NCBI GenBank assembly: GCA_038248985.1
Contig: JBBRWV010000001.1
Coordinates: 3,091-67,090, forward strand
DNA from: Phycisphaerae bacterium
Lineage (GTDB): Bacteria > Planctomycetota > Phycisphaerae > WQYP01
DNA: 64,000 nt
Direction: 5' to 3'
Under the pieces are notes generated by a model. That model ran no database searches. It had not been told where the DNA came from and saw only the letters and a list, made by a program, of their open reading frames with translations. Below are positions 9,719-19,400 of the stretch, piece by piece (the first letter of the stretch is position 1; the number at the start of each line of letters is the position of its first letter). The position numbers were made by a program, and so were the translations under genes.

Positions 9719-9937
9719 ATGCTCGAAGATATTGAAGAGTTGCTGAGTAAATTGCCGTTTGAGCCGTTCCGGATTGTCATTTCGAGCGGTGATAAATACG
9801 CGGTATCCAATCCCCATAATGTGGCGATTGGCAAATCGAAACTCTCATATTTTTTCCCCCGCTCGGATCATTGGGTATTTATCCGGCTCAATCAGATTAC
9901 GGCGATTGAGTCACTCAAATCAGCTTCCAAATCGTAA
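9719..9937 (+). CDS. Hypothetical small protein (72 aa) in a lower-GC islet
   Basis: Clean ORF with AT-richer codon usage than its neighbours. No family recognised. Confidence 0.4.
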   Translation: MLEDIEELLSKLPFEPFRIVISSGDKYAVSNPHNVAIGKSKLSYFFPRSDHWVFIRLNQITAIESLKSASKS

Positions 9938-9958
9938 ATTTTGGGGCAGGGGGCGAGA

Positions 9959-10615
9959 TTATTCTCCGGGCTCCTGGGGCCGGTCGGCGAAACTGGGAAT
10001 AAAGGTTTGCGGGACGATCACCGGCAGGATCTCGCGGAGCGGGTCGGACTGCTGAAGAAACGTCTTGAAACTCCACACGTCGCGTCCGAAATAAATCCAG
10101 AACTTGTGCGGAGCGGCCCCTTCCTTGAGCTTCTGAAAGGAACGCAGCTTCGTCGTTGAATCGATTTCAAATATGGCCACAGGAATGCGAGCGCGCGCCC
10201 AGATCACATCCACGCGGCCGGATACACGGGTCGGTGGGGCGGCGGATTCCAGAAGTGTGTCGGGGTCGTCAAACAGCGCCGCCGACTCGACCCACCCGCG
10301 GCAGTCAAACTGGGGCGCGAGCAGTGCAATCTGACGCTGCAGTTGATTGTGGTAGTCGATGCCCCGCAACTGCTGTTTGTGCAGATTCATGCCGATCACG
10401 CGGATGCGTGTGGAAAGGTCGGCGCGGGCGGAGTCGGAGAGCGTGAACTCTGGGGCCATGTTGGGGGTGCTTTCTTTGCGATTCGGGACCGGGACGGTTT
10501 TCCACTCGGCGATGAAAGGTTGGACGAAGGCGGAGACGTTGTCGTGGGTGAGGTCGGCTTCGTTGGCGAAGAGGCGTAGGCGGCGCAGAGATTCGCGGTA
10601 GTTTCGTGCGTCCAT
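9959..10615 (-). CDS. Hypothetical protein, 218 aa, with a possible PD-(D/E)xK-like nuclease motif
   Basis: The C-terminal half has GRVDVIWARARIPVAIFEIDSTTK, a hydrophobic strand carrying Asp followed by E-x-D...K, which is reminiscent of restriction-endonuclease-like folds. No confident family assignment. Confidence 0.5.
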   Translation of the reverse strand: MDARNYRESLRRLRLFANEADLTHDNVSAFVQPFIAEWKTVPVPNRKESTPNMAPEFTLSDSARADLSTRIRVIGMNLHKQQLRGIDYHNQLQRQIALLAPQFDCRGWVESAALFDDPDTLLESAAPPTRVSGRVDVIWARARIPVAIFEIDSTTKLRSFQKLKEGAAPHKFWIYFGRDVWSFKTFLQQSDPLREILPVIVPQTFIPSFADRPQEPGE

Positions 10616-10914
10616 ACGGGGATTATAGCGGAAGTTATGGCGGATGGGGAAAAGGCTGGCGCGGGGAAACTCATCGGGACAGTCGGGGGTGTGGACGGGG
10701 CCGAGGAAGTTTCATGGTCGTTCGGTCAGATCGGAATGGAATTTTGATATTATTTGCTGCAATCGGCGAACGCGGTCGCCGTTAATCATATAATGTGAAG
10801 TTGCTTTTGCGCACGCGAACAGATGGGGTACTAAGCCAGTGTGTTCGGCGCGCGGATCAGCAGCACATGTTCATAAAATTTGATGTGTCTAGAAAAGCGC
10901 AGAACAGGTGATTG

Positions 10915-13383
10915 ATGAAAACTGCCGTGGAGATCGTATCGACGAAGGCTGGACGCGCGAAGAGAGGGTCGATTGTCGGGCGATGTGCGATCGGGCTGGT
11001 GGTTGCGGCAATCGGGGGAAGGGCTTGGGCGGCACCGGAAGATAAATCCGCTGCCAGGGATGCATCTAAGGACGGCGCAGTCAGTGCGGGCTCAGTGAAC
11101 GGTGGCACGGCCAAGCCGGGCGACAAGAGCGCCACCACCAAGCCAGGTGGGCAGGCGACCGCCAGTTCCCTGATTGAAGACCGGGCGGCAAGGAAGCTGC
11201 TCGCCGCCGGTGACGCCCGCCTGGCGATGGATCAGTCGCGCGAGGCGCTGGAGCTCTTTCAACAGGTGGTGGAACGCTATCCGCGTTCCGTGGTCCGTTT
11301 TGAAGCGTTCATGCGGATGGGCAAGTATTACCTGGAAAAGGCGCACGATCCGACCAAGGCCCTGCCGTACTTTGAGCGGTCGGCGGTGGAACTGAACGAG
11401 GATACGGCGATTCGTGGCGAAGCCATGCTGATGGTGGGGCGGTCCTATTATGATCAGAGCAAATGGCAGCAGGCCTTTGCCAGTTTGCGGCTGGTGACGA
11501 TTCAGTATCCCGGCACCGAATTTTCCAACCAGGCTTATTTCTACATTGGCAACGCCCACTACAAGTTGGGGGCCTACAGTCGGGCCATCGAAGCGTTCGG
11601 CAAGGTTGGTACCGCCATCAGCGATACGGATCTGGGCAAGAAATATATGGAGATCGGCAAACGAATGTTCGTGCGCGTCTCTGATCTGGATCTGACGGCC
11701 CTGCAGGAAGGATCCGCAGTTACCGCGACGGTCACCAGTTCCTCGGGTGACTCCGAGACCGTCAAGCTGTCGCGCGTGGGCCCGCCGAACTCACCCAACT
11801 ATCTGGGCGAGCTGGACACCACGCTGGGGGAGGCGGTGAAGGAAGACGGGATGCTGCAGGTGCTGGGGTCGGACAAGGTGATGATCACGTATATGGATGC
11901 GCAGACGGCCTCGAAAGAACTGAATATCGCCCGCAAAACAGAACTGCAGGCCGTGCATAACGGCATCGCCGACTTCATGGATGGGGCGTTCCGCGATCCG
12001 CTCAAGACGGTGGTGGTGGGAAAAACCGCTTACCTGCGGGTGATCGATCTCGATCGCGATATTTCGCCCAAGCCTGACACTGTGCAGGTAAAGGTCGTGG
12101 CGAAACGGCTCGTGAAGAAGGCCTCCACCACCTTGCCCGTCGCAGCAGACGCTGCGGATGCGGCCAAGAAAGTCGAAGGGGCCGAAGTTCCCAAGAAGGA
12201 TGCGTCCGGTGCGGACATTCTTCAGGATGACGATGAACTTCCGGTGTACAAGGTGATAGATGAAGTCACGCTGACGCTGGGGGAGCGCCCGCGCGAAGGC
12301 GTCACGGACAGCGGGGCAATGGGTGCCGAAAAGCCGAAGTCGATGCACACCGGGGTCTTTGGCAACAGCGTGCCGATACTGCCGGGGACGGCGGTGGCGG
12401 GAGACGGGGTTCTTCAGGTGGAGTTTTTTGATCGCATTGAAGTGCAGTATATGGATGAGATCAATTCGTCGGGCAAGCCACGCGAAGTGATCGGGGTATG
12501 CACCGCCGTGGACGGGGCGCTGGCCGATGTGAAGGCTTCCGACCCGAATATCGACAATATTCAGCTGGAATTGCAGACCCGGCTGAAAAAGGCAGAAGCA
12601 CTGACGAACATCGGTCGGATCTACAAGCAATTGGGCTTGAAAGAGCAGGCGGTTCTGCATTTCCGCCAGGGGATCAGCGAGTGCGACGCCTTGGATGCGC
12701 GGGCCCGAAACCTGGGTGGCGAGGTGTTGGAGACCCTGTATGTGCGTTTGTGGAAACTTTACCTGGAATTGGACGAACTGGACCAGGCCGCCAAGATGTG
12801 TCTGCAACTGCAAAAGGATTTTCCCAACAGCCAGTTTGTAGATGAGGCGTTGCTGGGCCTGGGCGAGACGAGTCTGAAGAAGGGCGATGCCGAGAAGGCT
12901 ATTTCCATCTTCAAACGAGTGTTGGATTTGCCGGTCAGCGCGCGCAAGGCCGATGCTTTGTATCAAATCGGCCTCTGCCAAGAGCAGATGGCCCAGCCCA
13001 AGGCCGGCACCTCCGGCGATGCGGCCAAGCCCAACCAAAAGCTGATGGAGTCGGCCTTCCTGAGCTATCAGCAAGTATTCCAGAGATATCCGACCAGCGG
13101 CGTGGCGGGTGATGCCGTCGGAAAAATGGCCGACTATTATCTCGCCGCCAAAGACTACGATCGCGCCATATCCACCCTGCAACAAGCCCTCGATGAATAC
13201 CCTGACGCCCAGTTCACTGATCGCATTTTGTATGACTTTGGACGCAGCCTCTACCGCATGCAGCGGACGGACGAGGCCTTGGCCAAGTTCCGGCAGTTGC
13301 TCAGTGAATATCCCCAGAGCAAATGGGCCAGCAAGGTGAAACCCGTGATCGCGTCACTCGAAAAACGCGGCAAAGGTGATTAG
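10915..13383 (+). CDS. Secreted tetratricopeptide-repeat protein (823 aa) containing repeated beta-modules shared with the downstream giant protein
   Basis: Signal peptide (MMKTAVEIVSTKAGRAKRGSIVGRCAIGLVVAAIGGRAWAAPE). Multiple TPR-like helical repeats, e.g. ALELFQQVVERYP, AYFYIGNAHYKLGAYSRAIEAF and AISTLQQALDEYPD. Repeated modules such as DGMLQVLGSDKVMITYMDAQ and DGVLQVEFFDRIEVQYMDE. Confidence 0.75.
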   Translation: MKTAVEIVSTKAGRAKRGSIVGRCAIGLVVAAIGGRAWAAPEDKSAARDASKDGAVSAGSVNGGTAKPGDKSATTKPGGQATASSLIEDRAARKLLAAGDARLAMDQSREALELFQQVVERYPRSVVRFEAFMRMGKYYLEKAHDPTKALPYFERSAVELNEDTAIRGEAMLMVGRSYYDQSKWQQAFASLRLVTIQYPGTEFSNQAYFYIGNAHYKLGAYSRAIEAFGKVGTAISDTDLGKKYMEIGKRMFVRVSDLDLTALQEGSAVTATVTSSSGDSETVKLSRVGPPNSPNYLGELDTTLGEAVKEDGMLQVLGSDKVMITYMDAQTASKELNIARKTELQAVHNGIADFMDGAFRDPLKTVVVGKTAYLRVIDLDRDISPKPDTVQVKVVAKRLVKKASTTLPVAADAADAAKKVEGAEVPKKDASGADILQDDDELPVYKVIDEVTLTLGERPREGVTDSGAMGAEKPKSMHTGVFGNSVPILPGTAVAGDGVLQVEFFDRIEVQYMDEINSSGKPREVIGVCTAVDGALADVKASDPNIDNIQLELQTRLKKAEALTNIGRIYKQLGLKEQAVLHFRQGISECDALDARARNLGGEVLETLYVRLWKLYLELDELDQAAKMCLQLQKDFPNSQFVDEALLGLGETSLKKGDAEKAISIFKRVLDLPVSARKADALYQIGLCQEQMAQPKAGTSGDAAKPNQKLMESAFLSYQQVFQRYPTSGVAGDAVGKMADYYLAAKDYDRAISTLQQALDEYPDAQFTDRILYDFGRSLYRMQRTDEALAKFRQLLSEYPQSKWASKVKPVIASLEKRGKGD

Positions 13384-13474
13384 GTAAAGTCGCGGCCACC
13401 GGGTCGCGCACACACGGCATTCACATGTTTCCGATTTTCCGACTTACGATTTCCGAGTTGAAAGGCTAAACACG

Positions 13475-16400
13475 ATGGCCCGCAAAAATAAATTCATGAG
13501 CAAAATTACCGCATCGGCCCTCCTGGTCGCACTGATGACCGGCGGCGTCGTTTTGTATCCGGATTTGGTGACGGCCGCGCCGAAGGACGCCAAAACCGTG
13601 CAGACGTCCACCGCTGCCGTGGCCGCCATCAAGACGCTACTCACCCAGATTTCTCAGGCCACTGGCGAAGAATTACGGTCTCCGCTGCGCCTGAAATTGG
13701 TGGACGCATACATGGAGCACGGACGCCCGTTGGAAGCGGCGGCCGAGTTGCAGGTATGGTTGAAGAACAATTCGAAAGCCCCGGAACGCGAGAGGGCTCT
13801 GCTGACCTTGATCAACGCCCAGCGCCAAAGCAATGACTGGGACGGTGCTGCGAGTGTGAGCCGCACATTTATACGCGAATATCCCAAATCCGCATCGCTG
13901 GAGAGCACGTTTTCCGGGTTGGTCGAAATTGCGCGTTATGGGCAGGCCTCCCCCGTAAGCGAAGCCTCCGCCCTGGGCGACTGGGTCGCGGCCAATCCGA
14001 ACGATGCCGCGAACGCCGGACGCATGTTGCGCCAAGCACGTTTACAGGAACAGTCCGGCGCCGTCGCTGAAGCGATTGCCACCCTGCGAAAATTTACCGC
14101 CAAATATCCCAAGGATCCGGCGGCGGGCGATGCCAGTTGGCGCGCGATTTACCTAACCCACGATCGCCTCCGACGCTCCGCCGAAGCCTTTGAGGCCGGT
14201 AAGATTTTCCTGAACGCCAATCCGAAACGCCCCAACAGCAGCAAGGAATGGCAGTGGCTGGGCGACCTGGCCCGTTCCATGGACAATCACCAGGAAGCGA
14301 TTCAGGCCTTCAAGAAGGCTCTGGCGGCTGATCCGACCAATCGAGAGTTGATCAATCAGTTTCAAGATTCTCTATGGCGCACCGGAAATATCCCGGAAAT
14401 GTCCGCGCTCTCCGATTTCATGACCAAGAACCTTCCTTGGGATTCGCAGAATTGGAACCTGCGGCTTGCGCTGGCCAACAAGAGCCTGGACGCCGACGGA
14501 AAAAAGAACGGCCCAGCCGTTCAGGCGGAAATGCTCTCTCTGATCGATAAGGGAGTAAGGCCCGGAGATGCCGCAGGGATCTACGAGCGGGCCTCCCTGG
14601 CTTTGGGAATAGACCCCAAAGTGATCACGGAAACGCTCAAAGGAAAATATGCCCAGGCCAAAAGGGAAGGACGCCGCGAACTGGCGGAACGGATTACGGA
14701 ACTCCTGCGTCGCACGCAGGGGGCGACCATCACCCAGGCCTTTATTGAGACGGAGCTGAAAGAGAATCCGCTCAACAATGGCAACTTGGTGCGCACCTAC
14801 GTTGAGATGTCGGTGAATGATCAGATTTGGGAGACCAACGAAAAGAAACGCACGAAATATGAGCTCGATGGGACAATTAAGAAGATTGCCGAGATTATCA
14901 AACCCTACGCCTATTTGCCTGAATTGCGCAAAGGGATGGAACAGGCCGGGGACGCCCTCCAACGCACCAAGCAGAAAGAATTGACCGTGGTACTGCGGCA
15001 GCAAATCGAAATGCTGTCCCAGACCGAGCTGGCCATACAAGTGGATATCGCCTATCGCGAAGCCCGTCGCGATTGGAAAAAAGCGACCGATGCGCTGACT
15101 ATCCTTTTGAAAGAATCCAAAACCAATCCGGCAGTATTTACCACTCTGGGCCACGATACGATGTGGACCCTGCTGGAACGCACCCCGCCCGAGGGCGTTG
15201 ACAAGGTCCTCGCCTGGTGGGGTGCCCAGGCCGACAGTCGCCCGGATGACATCTGGTTCAACAACATGGTCGGCGACGCATTCCGCCGCTACAAAAAATT
15301 CCCCGAAGCCGTGGTCTTCTATGCCCGCGGCAGCACCGGCACCGTCACCATCGAAAACAGCCAGAACTACAGCCAGGCACTGGGGTCGTTGATTGATGTT
15401 TACAGTTACGAGCTCAAGAAAAATGATGAAGCCGAAAAACTAATCGTCAATTTTGACCGCAACGCAACGTCGTATTCACCCCAGGCACGGCAGGAACGTT
15501 ACCGCCAGTTCGGCGATTTCTACGGCCGCTTGAACGCCCGCGACAAACAAATCAACTACTACCGCAAGGCCGCCGAACTCGGCATGTCCAACACCGGCTA
15601 CGATTCCGTCAAGAACCTCATGATTGTGCTGCCGCCTGCCGAGAGTGTCGCCTACGGTCAGAAGCTGCTGGCCGATGCGGCCTACGACAAATGGTCTCCC
15701 GAAATCGGCCTCATGGTGGCGCACCGCCAGGCCACGGGCTTGAAAGACATGGCCGCCGCCGTCGATACGCTGGCCTTGGCCAATGAAAAGCGCCTGACCA
15801 CCGGCACCTTCGATATGGACAACTGGGGAACATTCCGCGAACTGGTGTCGATGGGCCTTGATCTGGCCGACCCCAAACGCGTGACCGATCCCAAACGCAA
15901 GGAAATGCTCACCGGCATCAAGCCGCTGGAACCCGCCAAGCTGGACCAGCTGCTCGCCCTGGGAATGCAGTGGCTCGGTTCACAGCAGATGCACGAAGTC
16001 GCGCGGGAAATCATCCGCCGGGCCGGCACCTCCGGGGAACGCGGTGCCCAACTGGATATTTTCTCGCAGATTCTGGCACGTACCAAGGCCAATGACGGGT
16101 GGCACTGGGATCGCAACATGGAAATCATCAATGACGAAGTCGCCCGCGGAAATGAGGGGACGGCGTCCACCATGCTCCGATTGCTGCTGAAACAATCCAG
16201 TGGCTACAACGAAGCCGCCCGCTCCGCCGCTCGTTCGCTGCTCCTCAACACCTATAAAAAATTCGGTGAGGATCTGCTGGCGGTCGATGACAAGTCTCCG
16301 ATCGCGCCGCTGCTGAAAGGCGCCAGCTACCTGCGGCTCGGCGAGGAAAAAACCGCCTGGGAGATGTACCAGAAAAACGCGGAACTTTTCGCCCAGAAAA

Positions 16401-19400
16401 TTGACGAAATTCCCAGCGAATACGTGCTTTATATCGGCAATGAACTGGCCACCGGTTCCGATGCCGACCGCGATGTCGCCGAGCAACTGTTGCGCACGTG
16501 GCTGGCCCGCGCCGACAAAATCCAGGGCTTGGAGGGCTCGGTGAAGGCGGCGGTTCAGCTCAAGCTCGCTGACGTCTTCTACTATGGACGCCGCTTTGAC
16601 GTTGCCCGCGCCGAGTACCAATCAGTCATGGACAAGTATCCCGAAACTGCCCAGGCCATCGAAGCGCAGTTCCGCATCGGCGAGTCCTTCATGTACCAGA
16701 AGAACTACGTGGAGGCGACGAAAGTCTTCGAAAAACTGCGGAAAAACAAGGATACCGACATCGCCATCCGCGCGACCTTCATGCAGGGCGTCCTGCAGTA
16801 TGAAACCAACGCCCGCGAAGAAGCCCGGGAAACGTTCAAGGCTGTGCTCGACCTCTCCCCCTCCGAAGAAATCGCCTCCAAAACCCTCTTCCAACTGGCC
16901 TTGATCTACGGCGACGACAACCGCTTCAAAGAAATGTTGGACATGCTCTCGGCCATCGGCAACTACGGCCGCGAAGCCAAACGCTGGCACTCCCCCGGCA
17001 AACCCCTGACCGTCCTCATTCACGATCCGGACATGGCCATCGTTCAGGACGCCCGCTCCGTCCCCGTGCTCGTGACCACGTCCAATGGCGATCGCGAGTT
17101 GATCACGCTCGTTTCCGGCGCCGCCGGCAAGGGCTTCTTTCAGGCCGATCTGCCGACGACCCTGGGTGCCAGCAAACCCAATGACGGAACCCTGCAATTG
17201 CTGGGTTCAGACATCATCACCTATGACTATCCCGACGATTTCAAGGCGAAATTCAAATATGTCCCGCCCCCGCAGGGAAATATCCGCATTGCTGCGGACG
17301 CGACGTTCGCGGTCTCCAACGCCCACATCCAGGAAGAGAGCAAAAGAAGCGCCCTGCAACGCGCCGACAAAGACGGCAAAATCCAACGCCTGTCCGATGA
17401 AGCCAAGGAGTTTCGTGCCAATAACGAAATCAAGCCGGGCAATCCTCTCTACGTCCGCATCGTCGATCCCGACCGCTCCACCAACGTCGGCGTCAATCGC
17501 GTCGAAGTCGTCGCCCGGGCCGGCACCGGCGATACCGTCCGCATGTGGGTAAATGAAACCTCCGCCAACACGGGCATCTTTGAAGGAATGATCAAGACGG
17601 CCGAACGCCCCGCCGAGGCCATCGCTTCCGATAGCTCGCTGGGCAAACTTCCCGGTCTTGCCACCGATAAGGACACTGCCAGTGCGTGGGAGTCGCAACA
17701 CGATGGTCAACCCGGCAAGTGGCTTGCCGCTGACCTCAAAGATGTTTTCTCCATCAAGCAGTTCGCGTTCTCCATGCCTGACGACAAGCAACTCGCTGCG
17801 GCGCGCTTTACCATTGAGTCGTCCAACAACGGTACGTTGTGGACGCCTGTGCTGACGCAGGACAAAGGCAAGATTGCCCACGGACTCACGCTGAATTACG
17901 GTCCGATGCGTCACAAGCACTACGCTTGGAGCAAGGAAAAGGCGAAGTTCGCTGATGCGAAGGCCCCCGAAGATCTCACTTCCTACATCAACACCGTGGC
18001 CACGGCCAAGGTCGCTTCGCTCGACGCCAGCGCCGTCAACACCATGGCCCTGCCCGCCGTCGGCACCGATACCGAAGCGGATGTGCATTCGTTGGTTGGT
18101 TATTTCTTCGTCAACAAAACCGGCGTTCAAACTTTCCACGCCATCACCGGCGATAACGGTTCCGCCGCCCTCGTGATCGACGGCCGCGTAATCGCCGCCG
18201 ACAAGAAAGGCTTCTCGGAATGGGGCGTTGGCGTCGAGTTGACCCGCGGCTGGCACCACTTCGCCGGATTCATCACGTTGCGCGGCGCCTATACCGATCG
18301 CAGCAAGCCCGCCGGTTTCCGTTGCACCCCCATCGACACCTGGGGCGTCGATCAGGCGATGCAATACGCAACAGCCCAGCGCGGCGGTGAGAATGAACCC
18401 ATGCCCGTGCCTTCACTCATTTCCGTGCCCGCCGAGGGAAAACTCAAAGTCGAGGGCGCAACCCTCACGGCTGATTTTTCCGCTGCCCCCATTCCCGGCC
18501 GTCTCTTTCGCGTCCGATTCGAAAAATACAGCGGCGATTTCGTCAGCGTTTCCAACCTGCAAGTCACCGGTGCCGACGGCAAACTCCTTCTGCCCGCCGA
18601 AGGCAGCGTGGTATCCCTCGCCGATGATGACGTACTGCAAGTATCTCCTGGCGAAGACATTTCCGTGAGCTATGCCGATCAGGTCAACACCCGCACCCCC
18701 GGCGAAGCCCGCGCTCTCTCTGGCAAGTTGAAGGCCACCTACTACAACGCCAAAATCGCCGCGATTGCCTACGAGGTAAAATCCACCACTGAAGGCGTGG
18801 AACGTCGCATCAAGGAACTTTACCGGATCGATCCCGGTGATCGCATCATCGCCCACATCACCGATTACGATGAAGACACCTCGCCGGAAATCAACAAGCT
18901 GCAATTCAAGGTACGTTCCGAAAGCGGCGCCGAAGTCGCTCTGGAAGCCACCGAAACCGATGCCACCTCCGGCATCTTCACCAAGGAAATTGAAACTGGC
19001 GAGGGCCTCGGAAAACTCTCCGTGAAACCCGGCGAACGCATCTACCTTATCTATACCGATCGGCAGAACACACAGCCCGGTTCGCGCACCGATCGCGTCG
19101 CTGAACTCTCCGTCGTCAAACCCACCGACGGCCTGGTGAACATCCTGCCCACGCGGGCCGAATTGCCCCCGCCGCCCAAAAAAGATGCCGCCCCCGTATT
19201 CGCCACTGGCGATGGCGTGACCATCGGCGAACCCCGCATAATCTATCTGAAGCCTGAACCCGGGAAGCCCGCGCGTGTGGTGCTCGCCGCCCCGCTCACT
19301 GTCGAAGTCATCGATCAGGATGCCGCCAAGGATTCCCACTCGACGGTGGTGGTGGAAATTACCACGTCTTCCGGCGCCAAATTGAAACTCCCGCTGGAAC

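Noticed and set aside
10780-10850. Hairpin CGGCGA-acgcgg-TCGCCG and GAACA...TGTTC arms upstream of the TPR operon
   Set aside because: The spacing (N20) does not match any known operator architecture, and there is no T-tract for a terminator. Function is unsupported.
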